A DNA stretch of 64,000 bases from Haliotis rubra (taxonomy: Eukaryota), in the NCBI RefSeq assembly GCF_003918875.1, contig NW_025766976.1, forward strand, positions 992,001 through 1,056,000, in the 5' to 3' direction. Made by a program: the position numbers and the translations under genes. Shown here piece after piece: positions 1 to 12,812 of this stretch. Every line of letters starts with the position of its first letter. Position 1 is the first letter of the stretch. The notes under the pieces are model-generated. The model was not told where the DNA came from. It made no database searches and was given only the letters and a program-made list of their open reading frames with translations.

Positions 1-841
1 TAACATCAGTTGGGAGCGACTTTGTGAATAGGACACAACTCTCTCTCTGTCCAGCGTGTCCACTTCAAACTTCAGACTACGTAAGGTAGGACTACCCTTG
101 TATATTTATATACCAGTTCAACTTTTAAAAACTTATTCCAACTCTTAATACATATTTTGGATTATTTTTCAGAATGAAATATAACACGAGATATAAACAT
201 TTCATGATATCCCGCTCGAGTAATTTCGTTTTTATCAGTTATCACCATGTTTAAGTTATATCGTTTTTCCATATTTCATGTCATTACATTCGTATCAGCT
301 TATCGTGTTTACATACGTTTGTTGCATACGTTGACTTCTTGATATAAACAATTTAAAAATGATGAAATAATAATCTGTTTTGTTGTATCTTGTAGTTGTA
401 AACATGAACTCATTTATGTTCACATTTTCGTTAACTTTGACTTCATTTGATTATTAAGTAGTTTACAAGTTAAAAGGGAGATGGTTGGTAGTTAACATCT
501 GTTATTTTGTTCGTAACGTTCAACGTTTACATAGTTACATTCTACTTATACCAGGGTGTCCTGCTTGCCTTATGTATCGTATAGTGAATTCACCCCTGTA
601 CCGGGAGTGCACTACTAAACGAAATGAAAAACATGCTATTTTGTCATATGACTATTGTTATATATAATATAATAGTTCAACCGTTGTCCTTAGAAAATCA
701 TTAAGTATCATACGTACCTGTATGTTGGAATTAGTACACCCGACAATAGTATATGTACATACACGTTCTTACTACTACTCGTCGCCTTAAGTATATGTAC
801 ATAGTATTACTGTAATTGCAACACTTGCTGGATGTATTTGC

Positions 842-1271
842 TAGTGTTGGGAATTGGTTAAAATCACATAATTGATGATTGGTTCATTACAACCGATCAA
901 GCATCGAAAATAATTGGTAAGCGTCATATATGAAATTTTCCTGGTTATTTTTGTTAATACACAAAAACATAAAGGAAAAACATGTAGTTCCTTGGGGTGT
1001 TTTTTTGCAATTGCACATCTTTAAAAGATGACTAGTATGTTAGGAACATACATTTCTTGGGGCCTTTAAGATAAATTCATTTGTGACTTGGAACGAGCTT
1101 GTAGAGCTCATAAAATGTAACAGAGAAAACCAACCATGTAAAAAATAGTGTTAATGCAAAAAGTGTTCCAGAATCGTTTGTGTTCGATTATGAGAAAACA
1201 TGATCGATTGCTTGGTCGTTTAGTCACTGCGGCAAATCTTCGATTAATTTCAATTAATCGGACCACCACTA
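842..1271. mobile_element. hAT-type MITE
   Basis: Termini TAGTG...CACTA, ATCG-rich subterminal repeats, 8-bp TSD gtatttgc (834-841) / gtatatgc (1272-1279). Confidence 0.65.
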
Positions 1272-4200
1272 GTATATGCTTATGCATACCGTAATCACTA
1301 TACTTGCAATAAGTATATGTACAGGCATGCTGTAATTACTGCTCAAGTCTCAGTATGGTTGCAATACTGCCGACGTCACTTAAAATGTGACTCCCTTATA
1401 TATTAAAGTGGCACATAGGCTTTCGCTATTTTGAAGTCATCTACATTCAAGTAGGTATGGATGCTTCTACCCAATTTCGTCTACATGTACACCTTGAGAG
1501 AGAACATGCCTTCGTAATGTAGTAGTATTGGACCATTGTGTTCACCACAATTGACACAGTGTCCTTAGTCAATAGTCTGTTTCACTATCACAGTCTCACG
1601 TTGCCTTTTATGTCTCTAATCCTCGTCAGCTGGAGCGTCTACATCCATATCAAATTCAATGTAGGCGCACCCGTTGTAACCGGGTTCGTATGGCACAATA
1701 ACTGAAATTATGTATTTCATTGGAAGCCGATATCATCACAATATTCCTTCTTGGCAGGCTTGTATCTGAATTAATGTCTATTTAATTGTAGGCCCACTTT
1801 GTCATGATATCTATTGTGGTAGGCATGCGAACTAAATAGTGCACATGTCAGTTTATTGCAGGCCTATTTTGTGGTAGGCATACCAACTAAATAGTGCACA
1901 TGTCTGTTTATTGCAGGCCTATTTTGTGGTAGGCATACCAACTAAACAGTGCACATGTCTGTTTATTGCAGGCCTATTTTATGGTAGGCATACGAACTAA
2001 ATAATGCACATGTCAGTTTATTGCAGGCCTATTTTGTGGTAGGCATACCAACTAAATAGTGCACATGTCTGTTTATTGCAGGCCTATTTTATGGTAGGCA
2101 TACGAACTAAATAGTGCACATGTCTGTTTATTGTAGGCCTATTTTGTGGTAGGCATACGAACTAAATAATGCGCATGTCAGTCTATTGCAGGCCTATTTT
2201 GTGGTAGGCATACGAACTAAATAGTGCACATGTCTGTTTATTGTAGGCCTATTTTGTGGTAGGCATACGAACTAAATAATGCGCATGTCTGTTTATTGTA
2301 GGCCTATTTTGTGGTAGGCATACGAACTAAATAGTGCACATGTCTGTTTAAAGTAGGCTCGTTTTGTCATGATATCCCTTCATAGTAGGTATGCTAACTA
2401 AATAGTGCATATGGCTGTTTATTTTAGACACATTTTGTGGAGGGTATACTAACTAAAGAGTGTCTGTTTTAGGACCGTTTTGTCATGATGTCCCTTCGTG
2501 GTATGTATATTAACTAATTGCACTTAAGTGCACGTTTCTGTTATTGTAGGGCCATTTTCGTAGTAAGTATACTAACTAATTAGTGCACATGTATTATGGA
2601 CTCATTTTGTCAGAATGTCAGAAGTAATGCCGCACTTAAACTTAAATTTATTATTATTATTATGGTGAAAGTCCATATTGTCAATGTGTTGAAAATCACC
2701 CTTTAAATTGGTTTGGACTTCTGATATAATCAAAATGAGTGAAAGCAGATTTTTTTCAGAACTTAACGAACAAAATCAAGTCTTGTTTAAGTCTTTGACT
2801 TAAGATGTGTTTTATCCTTATTTTACCCCANNNNNNNNNNNNNNNNNNNNNNNNNNNNNNNNNNNNNNNNNNNNNNNNNNNNNNNNNNNNNNNNNNNNNN
2901 NNNNNNNNNNNNNNNNNNNNNNNNNNNNNNNNNNNNNNNNNNNNNNNNNNNNNNNNNNNNNNNNNNNGTGAGAGTCCACACAGCAGAAGCATCGCCTAGC
3001 ACGCAGTTGTGTTTGTAAAGTGAGAACATTCACGGATGTACCTGTGTAATCGGACCACCACTAGTATATGCTTATGCATACCGTAATCACTATACTTGCA
3101 ATAAGTATATGTACAGGCATGCTGTAATTACTGCTCAAGTCTCAGTATGGTTGCAATACTGCCGACGTCACTTAAAATGTGACTCCCTTATATATTAAAG
3201 TGGCACATAGGCTTTCGCTATTTTGAAGTCATCTACATTCAAGTAGGTATGGATGCTTCTACCCAATTTCGTCTACATGTACACCTTGAGAGAGAACATG
3301 CCTTCGTAATGTAGTAGTATTGGACCATTGTGTTCACCACAATTGACACAGTGTCCTTAGTCAATAGTCTGTTTCACTATCACAGTCTCACGTTGCCTTT
3401 TATGTCTCTAATCCTCGTCAGCTGGAGCGTCTACATCCATATCAAATTCAATGTAGGCGCACCCGTTGTAACCGGGTTCGTATGGCACAATAACTGAAAT
3501 TATGTATTTCATTGGAAGCCGATATCATCACAATATTCCTTCTTGGCAGGCTTGTATCTGAATTAATGTCTATTTAATTGTAGGCCCACTTTGTCATGAT
3601 ATCTATTGTGGTAGGCATGCGAACTAAATAGTGCACATGTCAGTTTATTGCAGGCCTATTTTGTGGTAGGCATACCAACTAAATAGTGCACATGTCTGTT
3701 TATTGCAGGCCTATTTTGTGGTAGGCATACCAACTAAACAGTGCACATGTCTGTTTATTGCAGGCCTATTTTATGGTAGGCATACGAACTAAATAATGCA
3801 CATGTCAGTTTATTGCAGGCCTATTTTGTGGTAGGCATACCAACTAAATAGTGCACATGTCTGTTTATTGCAGGCCTATTTTATGGTAGGCATACGAACT
3901 AAATAATGCACATGTCTGTTTATTGTAGGCCTATTTTGTGGTAGGCATACGAACTAAATAATGCACATGTCAGTCTATTGCAGGCCTATTTTGTGGTAGG
4001 CATACGAACTAAATAGTGCACATGTCTGTTTATTGTAGGCCTATTTTGTGGTAGGCATACGAACTAAATAATGCGCATGTCTGTTTATTGTAGGCCTATT
4101 TTGTGGTAGGCATACGAACTAAATAGTGCACATGTCTGTTTAAAGTAGGCTCGTTTTGTCATGATATCCCTTCATAGTAGGTATGCTAACTAAATAGTGC

Positions 4201-4837
4201 ATATGGCTGTTTATTTTAGACACATTTTGTGGAGGGTATACTAACTAAAGAGTGTCTGTTTTAGGACCGTTTTGTCATGATGTCCCTTCGTGGTATGTAT
4301 ATTAACTAATTGCACTTAAGTGCACGTTTCTGTTATTGTAGGGCCATTTTCGTAGTAAGTATACTAACTAATTGAGTGCACATGTATTATGGACTCATTT
4401 TGTCAGAATGTCAGAAGTAATGCCGCACTTAAACTTAAATTTATTATTATTATTATGGTGAAAGTCCATATTGTCAATGTGTTGAAAATCACCCTTTAAA
4501 TTGGTTTGGACTTCTGATATAATCAAAATGAGTGAAAGCAGATTTTTTTCTGAACTTAACGAACAAAATCAAGTCTTGTTTAAGTCTTTGACTTAAGATG
4601 TGTTTTATCCTTATTTTACCCCANNNNNNNNNNNNNNNNNNNNNNNNNNNNNNNNNNNNNNNNNNNNNNNNNNNNNNNNNNNNNNNNNNNNNNNNNNNNN
4701 NNNNNNNNNNNNNNNNNNNNNNNNNNNNNNNNNNNNNNNNNNNNNNNNNNNNNNNNNNGTGAGAGTCCACACAGCAGAAGCATCGCCTAGCACGCAGTTG
4801 TGTTTGTAAAGTGAGAACATTCACGGATGTACCTGTG
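1255..4837. repeat. Near-identical tandem duplication of about 1.79 kb (1255-3046 / 3047-4837)
   Basis: Sequences match almost base for base, including the N-run flanks; only a few substitutions and indels. Confidence 0.95.
1815..2360. repeat. 55-bp minisatellite, about 10 copies (repeated at about 3607-4152)
   Basis: Unit ggcctattttgtggtaggcatacgaactaaatagtgcacatgtctgtttattgca recurs at 1861, 1916, 1971... Confidence 0.95.
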
Positions 4838-6199
4838 TTGTAGCGAGTCACACCTGTGGCAACAGTGTCGGAGTCAGCTGTTGAGAGGTGACCTGATCGA
4901 TCGAACATTTTCAATAGATTTTCGAATTGTTAAGTGCTACATTTTGAATAAATTAGTTTTACTTCGATTACTGTTCCCAATCCATCCTCATTTTGATGTG
5001 ATAATTACAAGATGTCGACTTATGATTTATGGCTAGTGTCAGAGTATCAAAAGCAGGACCATATCGCGACACAAGCGTCGGTGGGTGGGTGTGGTGTACC
5101 TAGAAATTCGAGATATAACAAACGGTGTCGTGCCGGGAAGGCTAAAATTTATTTTTCAGATGTCCCGGGAAGGCTAAAATGTATATTTCGGAATTCCCGG
5201 GAGAACTTATTTCCAAGGCAGTAGGGGAGTACCGCCAAAGCTAAAGATACGGTGCCGGGAACAGCAGAAATGGGCTTCACATATTGTACCCATGTGGGGA
5301 ATCGAACGCGGGAATGCCTAAACCACTCGGCCATCCCACCGCTACTCGCGATACAAGAGTGTACATAAATGAACCTAAAGAGGTTCAAGTGTAGATTAAA
5401 TTCTTGCTCCTGCGATTCTTTTTATTGTCCTTTTCACGTTCTTATTGTCACTGACTCATGTACACAAACTCAGTCACTTACGGAGTCATGTGTCACAGCG
5501 TCACTGTTTACGCTGCCTTTGCCCCATATATTAGACATGACCATAAAGTATGTGTCATTATACTTCCACCAGTTATTGCGTCGTCAGTGTTGCACGTACG
5601 AATATGGTGCCCCGCCCCGTTTGTTCAGTCACTTCACGTTTTGATTGTTAACTGGGTGTCAGCTCGTCATTCGGATTAGATTCAATGTGTGAATCCCAGG
5701 CACGGTGTCCTCTACATGATCATGTTGGGACATAGACACACGCGGAATAAAATAACAGTCTCTCGCTCGGACAGTATATCCGTGCATACTGCCTTGCTGT
5801 GTAACCTATGTGACAAATATGCTGCCTTGTTGAAGAGTCCCATACCGCATATGTTGCCTTGTGTATATAACCAATGTCATCCCTTTTAGGTTTATACTTA
5901 CAGGTTTCTATAAAACCTCGTATACATAGTCATACATCTCCTTGCTACCAACTGCTATATATGTTTCCGTTAGATATATTACCACATTATATACTCGGCT
6001 AATTACAACCTCGTTATAATGTTACTGTTAGGTAATATAACCTTGTGTACATAGCCTTCACTTCATTCATCTGGCTACTGCCTCGATATACAGCCACCGT
6101 TACTTATATAACCTCATCTTATAGAGGCATTACTTCACTCAACCAACTTCTGGGTCACTTATATAGTCACTGGGTCACTGTTTCGTGTATAACATCATT

Positions 6200-7600
6200 T
6201 AGATATTTATTACCTCAGACAGTCAAGTACTGGATCACATATATAGTCACTGTTACGTATGTAACCTCGTTTATATAATCATTACCTCAGACAGTCAAGT
6301 ACTGGATCACATATATAGCCCCCGTTACGTAGGTAACCTCGTTTATATAATTATTACCTCACACAGTCAAGTACTGGATCACATATATAGCCCATGTTAC
6401 GAAGATAACCTCGTTTATATAATCATTACCTCAGACAGTCAAGTACTGGATCACATACATAATCACTGTTACGAAGGTACGAAGGTAACCTCGTTTATAT
6501 AATTATTACCTCAGACAGTCAAGTACTGCATCATATATATAGCCCCTGTTATGTAGGTAATCTCGTTTATATAATCATTACCTCAGACAGTCAAGTACTG
6601 GATCACATATATAGTCACTGTTACGAAGGTAACCTCGTTTATATAATCATTACCTCAGACAGTCAAGTACTGGATCACATATATAGCCCCTGTTACGTAG
6701 GTAACCTCGTTTATATAATCATTACCTCAGACAGTCAAGTACTGCATCATATATATAGCCCCTGTTATGTAGGTAATCTCGTTTATATAATCATTACCTC
6801 AGACAGTCAAGTACTGGATCACATATATAGTCACTGTTACGAAGGTAACCTCGTTTATATAATCATTACCTCAGACAGTCAAGTACTGGATCACATATAT
6901 AGCCCCTGTTACGTAGGTAACCTCGTTTATATAATCATTACCTCAGACAGTCAAGTACTGGATCACATATATAGCCCCTGTTACGTAGGTTACTATATAA
7001 TCCCTGTTACGTAGGTAATCTCGTTTATATAATTATTACCTCAGATAATCAACTATTGGATCACATATATAGCCCCTGTTATGTAGGTAATCTCGTTTAT
7101 ATAATCATTACCTCAGATAATCAACTATTGGATCACATATTTAGCCCCTGTTACGTAGGTAATCTCGTTTATATAATTATTACCTCAGATAATCAACTAT
7201 TGGATCACATATATAGCCCCTGTTATGTAGGTAATCTCGTTTATATAATTATTACCTCAGACAGTCAAGTACTGGATCAAATATATAGTCACTGTTACGA
7301 AGGTAACCTCGTTTATATAATCATTACCTCTGACAGTCAAGTACTGGATCACATATATAGCCTCTGTTACATAGGTAATCTCGTTTATATAATCATTACC
7401 TCAGACAGTCAAGTACTGGATCACATATATAGCCTCTGTTACGTAGGTAATCTCGTTAATATATTTATTACCTCAGACAGTCAAGTACTGGATCACATAT
7501 ATAGTCACTGTTACGTATGTAACCTCGTTTATATATTTATTACCTGAGACAGTCAAGTACTGGGTCACATATATAGTCACTGTTACGCATATGACTTCGC
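6200..7600. repeat. 72-bp minisatellite, about 19 copies, with degenerate flanks
   Basis: agtcaagtac recurs at 6221, 6293...; 24-aa periodicity in ORF 7056-7547. Confidence 0.95.
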
Positions 7601-7911
7601 ACATATAATCATTACGACACGCAGTTAGTTACCGCCATGCTGTACAGGCACCGTAACGTACATAACATCGTTATGGCAAGTACCTCACTCGATATTACTG
7701 TCTCGTTATGTAGTCGTTGTTACGTATATAACCAGGTTTACATAGTCACTCGGGCAGCTTTTGTCTCGTCGTAAGTCACTGTCATGTATATAACCTCATT
7801 TACATATGAGTCAATACTTAAGTGGATCAATATTACCTCACGTATATGGTCTCTGCTGCATATGTAACCTTGATTATATAGTCAGTACTTAACTTGGTTA
7901 CTCTGTGGTTA

Positions 7912-8082
7912 GAGGCGGTGGGGTAGCCTAGTGGTTAAAGCGTTCGCTCGTCACACCGAAGACCCGGATTCGATTCCCCACATGGGTACAATGTGTAAAG
8001 CCCATTTCTGGTGTCCCCTGCCATGATATTGCTGAAATATTGCTAAAAAGGCATATAAACTAAACTATATAACTAAACTCAC
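7912..8082 (+). mobile_element. tRNA-derived SINE, family A (about 170 bp)
   Basis: A box tagcctagtgg, B box gattcgattcc, body aagcccatttctggtgtccc, tail gctgaaatattgct...actcac. Further partial or degenerate copies near 5265-5342(-), 13308-13425(+), 20510-20665(-), 25262-25370(-), 41770-41903(+), 51797-51941(-). Confidence 0.9.
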
Positions 8083-9995
8083 GCACTACTCTGTCATTAT
8101 ATAGTCAATCTAACGTTTTTAACGTCACTTATATATTCGTTTCTTCATTCACACATTTACTGTCCCACTTAATAGTCACTGTTGCACATATACCCTGGGC
8201 TATACAATCATTACTTCACTGAGACAATCACTGTCTCATTACATTGTTAACATTGTCCCCTCTGGGCGAGATCTGTTCTCGTCTTTATCATCACACTGAC
8301 TCTTTTATACATACATTTTGACGCGATGACAAGAAGAGTGGATGAAAGGAAGCTCACATGACCCGGAAGTAAACATATGATTCACTGAGGTCATGCTCAT
8401 ATAGAGTAATCTCCAACATCCGTCATCAGGTGATAAAGGTTACGAAAGTCACCCTATCTCTGTGTAACGTATGATAACGAGATTCTAACTGTACACGCCC
8501 GTAAACTCTTTGTCGCTGCCGTTGAAAACGCTTCACCGCAGTGTTAATTCTCAGCATAAATTATTTGACCGTTGAGGCAATCTTTTTCCATGACTTCAGT
8601 GGTTCAGAAAAACCCATACATTTTGGGATGACAATCAGCATCGTTCCTGTTCACGCTATCGTCACCAGGATCACACCAGGCAATAATTTTCATTCACACA
8701 GGGCGTGTGCTGTCGCCTCGTTAATTTTCATAGAGCAAATAAACTTTTTAGCACACGAGTTGGTAAAGTTTATATCCAACATGTGTCAGATCAGTGGGAG
8801 AATTGTTGTATCATGCTGCTTTTTTTCTCAGTTTAAATCATGCATGATTTTAATGTAAGATTAAGGCCTGATACCCAAATTTATATACGGTGTTTTGATA
8901 ATGTTTTAAGCCATGGATTATTTACTTACACGTTACAAAGCACATTAAGGTTTGCTATGTTTCCGATAGCGTTTTTTATTTTTACTCCCTTCTGTCCAGC
9001 CTATATTTTGTATTTTTACCCAAAAACTCCCCAAAAACCCCAAAACAACTTAAAACAACACCCCCCATCACCCCAACCCCCAAAAATAAAAAAACAACAA
9101 CAAACAAACAACAAAACAAAAAACAAAAAAAAACAAAACAAAAACAAAACGTTTCCTGCAAATGCAGCTTTCTGAGACCCCGATTTGTATCTGTTTCGTG
9201 TCAGCTACCCCAAGTATGTAACACAACAGAGGTATACATGGCTGGTTAACGAACTGCGGGACGTATCATTTCTTGTGCATCATTCACAGAACTATTGTTT
9301 GTTTGTTGTTGAACTCTGTACTCTGCAACATTCCATCAATATGACAACAGCATGCAAATAATCGAGTCTGGACTAGACAACCCAGTGATTGATTTCACGA
9401 GTATCGATCAGCGCAGTCGGGATACCATGACGTGTATCAACTAAGTCAATGAACCTAATTACCTGGTCGGGTTTGTCATCTGTTACGGCAAGCAAAGGCA
9501 GTTGTAAGTTTTGCAGCCGGTTGTGAACTTCAAATGAAACTTTATTGCCCGGTCATGTTTTTGCAGCCCCTGGCACAGCTTGCGTGTTGGGACTACGATT
9601 GTTGTAAACATGACAAATCAGATTTGTCATAAACAGGTAATAAATTCATATAGAAACAGTAGCATTTATCGTTTATTCAATGCAGTAATCGTTAATTGGA
9701 AACACATGGCATATTAGGAAAGACGTATGTGTGATTCTTTCGCCATGCTGACGTTTCAATAACACAAGATGTCTACACGGTTATTGCCTATCAATATGCA
9801 TTATGAGAGAGAATAGGCAATTTGAAAAAAGTCAGCTTTCTGGTATATTAATGTAACGACTTTTGACGTCTTTGACGTTTATATATTCACGCCATTGACG
9901 TGGTATGGTTTGATGTTTGTTGTAGAAGTAATGTATTTTTTTCCTTCCGGAAATCTAGTTTTCGAACTAACATTAGTTCTTGTTGTAGTGAGTAG

Positions 9996-11785
9996 TGAGT
10001 GAGTTTAGTTTTACGCCGCGTTTAGCATTATTCCAGCAATATCACGGCGGGAGACACCAGAAATGGGCATCACAGATTTTTTTGATTTTTTATTTATTGT
10101 GATAGCAAGTGATACAATATTCATACAGTTGGATAATACACACGACACATATATTCAAGCTGCGGGATAAATGAGAGACGACATGATTTATGGGTGTATG
10201 AATAAAGTACAAAGAAAGAGGTATAGGGATGTAGGAAAGTAAGAAAATAGAGGAGAGAAAGGGTGGTATTATCAAGCATTGGTTTGCGTCCATCTATATT
10301 AGTATAGGGGCCCATTCTTCGGCAAATTTGGTCTTGGCTCCAGAAATGAATTTCTCTATGTTGTGATTATATTTTATTAGCGGTAATAATTGGGTAAATA
10401 TGGGAATAGTCTTATTGTAATGACAATTTTGAATGTAACGCTTGGTTATTATGAAAAGGTGGTTTTCAAGGATACTCAACTTTAAATCGCCAAGAAGGAA
10501 ATTATTCATATTTAAGTCTAATTTTGATTTGGTGCTACTTTCATACCAAAATTTGAACTCATGTATCATAGTTTGAACTTTTCGACAGGGAAAAATAAAT
10601 GTTCTAGTATTTCACTCTCTGATTGGTAAAATGTACAAAGATTATCCTCTATCAGTCCTATTTTATAAAGAAATGATTTTGATGGTATGATACGATGGAT
10701 GAGTGTATATTGGAAGTTCCGTGTCTTGATGTCCTCAACACAACTTTGTATTATATTAAAACATTGGGACAGGTAAGTTCCATTTAGAAGTAAGATCTTG
10801 AAGAGAACAAATACCCTCATCATTACGAATCAGTTTATAGATAAATTTACAATCTAGTGATGAGATAATGTCCCTGAGAATCGGACAATTAATAACCTGG
10901 TTATCGTTTGATAATTTAATCCATGTGTTGGGTATAAAACGTATCAGTCTGAAATAAGAAATGAAATTATCATTTAGTCTGAAGTCGTGTCTCAATACAT
11001 TGAATTTTCTTTAAGTGTTCTGAATCACTCATTAGGTCCCGAATATATCTAATTCCACACTGATACCATTTGATGTATAGTTTAAAATCTTTATAAGGAA
11101 CAAAACTCATGAAGGGAAGATTTCTGAATTCGTCAATATTCCTAATCTCTGAAATTTGCAATTTGTTATAAATAGTTAAAATATCTTTCCCAAAATCGTT
11201 CTTAATGTCTTTAATTAGCTTTTTAATCGATGCTTTGGGAATTTCAGGATGTCGATATTTTCTAAGTTTACCATGGAACATCGTGCCAAGTGCTGCCATG
11301 AACCATCATTTTGGCAGGCGTTTTATCCACTTCAATTTCAAGTATTTACAAAAAGCTTCAACATCAACCATGCCAAGACCTCCTTCTGAATGATCATTCA
11401 TCAACATTCTTCCTTTAATTTTATCTCGTTTTCCCTTCCAAATAAACTTAAACAAGATTGAGTTTAGCGATTTAAAGAAGGTTTTATCCGGCAGTGGAAG
11501 GGCTGAAAATAGATGTGTAAAAAAAGGGATTATTTGTGATTTAATAATCGTTATTTTGCCATTTAATGTTAGCAATCTTTTTGACCAGGAAAAACAGATC
11601 TGTCTTGCTTTATCAATTTGTTTATCAAAATTCAAGGAAACCATTTGTCTGTCGAAATATTTATCCCTAAAATTTTAAAGGTTCTTTTGACCATTGCTTC
11701 ACACATTGTACCCATGTGGGGAATCGAATCCGGCTCTCTAGCGTGACGAGCTAACTCTTTAACCATTAGGCTGACCCGCCGCCCT
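9996..11785 (-). mobile_element. SINE family A copy split by a LINE insertion (halves 9996-10074 and 11696-11785)
   Basis: The two halves join seamlessly at gc(a/t)tcaca. Confidence 0.85.
10075..11695 (-). mobile_element. 5'-truncated, frameshifted Tx1/L1-clade LINE (ORF2 region downstream of RT, zf-RVT-like CCHC, 3' UTR, A-rich tail)
   Basis: LTLNGKITIIKS...FKFIWKGKRDKIK...SEGGLGMVD...LKLKWIKRL; FQY.LIHRII...LC.F...E.LEHLFF; 8-bp TSD. Confidence 0.9.
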
Positions 11786-12182
11786 CGTGTTGTAAAACAA
11801 GGTTAGAAGTCGGATGGGTTTTTCCCCAGCATAACAGTTACGTAAGATTTTCACTTTATGTACCTTAACAAGTACCGACTCTGCCAGCGGTCACCCATTG
11901 GAGCAGATATTGTTGCACAATAATATTTCACCGAACGTAAGATGAATTCTGTAAGTTACATGTATCAGCACACACACACCTACGCACGCACGAGCGCACA
12001 CACGATGTTGCATTTCTGTGCCTATAACGAATTGATAACGAAATGAAGACATCATAATACTATGGTATTGAAATATTCGAATCGCATTTAGAAAGTGATG
12101 CAGATAATAGGGGCAATATATCGATGTCAACTTCTGTAATAAGAGGAGCACGACATATCGTTTCTTATTCCTTCATCAATCA

Positions 12183-12260
12183 CCCGATGAAGACGGAAGA
12201 ATATACTCTGAAACGTCGTGTTCCTCATAACACAGAAGTTGACGTCCATACAATGTCCCC
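12183..12260 (+). mobile_element. Penelope-like element remnant with degenerate minimal hammerhead-like motif
   Basis: cCGATGAag...ctctGAAACGTCG followed by agaagttgac; same layout as 61626-61668. Confidence 0.4.
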
Positions 12261-12584
12261 CTTTATCATGATATCTGCATATAAGAAAGGAGCTCCTGAC
12301 AAAGAACCGCCTGATAGTATCACGACGGTCTGTTTATAGTCCCGAAGGTATCCTATCCTCCATCCGGTTGAGACCGGTCATATCACATGGGTCACCTTCC
12401 ATCGTGCTGTCATCTGCATGTCAAATTCATATTTAAAGGAACAAAACATGCCTGAATTTTAAATGTTCATAAATGCATATTTTCCTGGTGATACAGACAG
12501 ACCATGAGTGACAAGTGTTAAATGACGAGGCCTCACAATGACGCATACATGCATGTAAGGAGTGGACGAAGACAACACAAGTAA

Positions 12585-12812
12585 GGTGGTTGGTTTGTTG
12601 GAGTATTCTGACTATGTGGCGGCGGTCTGTAAATAATCCAGTCTGGACCAGACAATCCAGTGATCAACAACATGAGTATAGATCTATGCAATCGGGATAC
12701 GATGATATGTGTCAACCAAGTCAGCCAGCGAGACTGACCACCTGATCCCGTTAGTCGCCTCTTACGACAAGCATGGGTTACTGAAGACCAATTCTAACCC
12801 GGATGTTCACGA
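12585..12812 (-). mobile_element. Headless SINE-like family B (about 230-240 bp)
   Basis: Consensus acccgtgaagatccgggttagaattggtcttcag...tgtcgtaagaggcgactaacggg...gctggaatattgctgagtgcggcgttaaac. Further copies near 9297-9495, 21230-21455, 24678-24897, 28294-28540, 31418-31650, 42450-42622, 46505-46728, 55446-55680, 57846-58020. Confidence 0.9.

Noticed and set aside
1815-2360. Regular repeats as a CRISPR array (also 6200-7600, 17917-18480, 22215-22905)
   Set aside because: Head-to-tail units with no unique spacers, no cas genes, eukaryotic context: minisatellites
2756-4914. ORFs spanning N-runs (also 49524-49972)
   Set aside because: Open only because Ns hide stop codons
7056-7547. 163-aa ORF with 24-aa repeats
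   Set aside because: Translation of the 72-bp minisatellite; non-ATG start, neighbouring units out of frame, no splice support
7912-7985. tRNA genes at SINE heads (also 26061, 27455, 30565-30637, 38722, 39642, and tRNA-like pieces near 17730-17815 and 26255-26330)
   Set aside because: A/B boxes continue into SINE bodies and tails, often with TSDs; no proper acceptor stem or poly-T terminator
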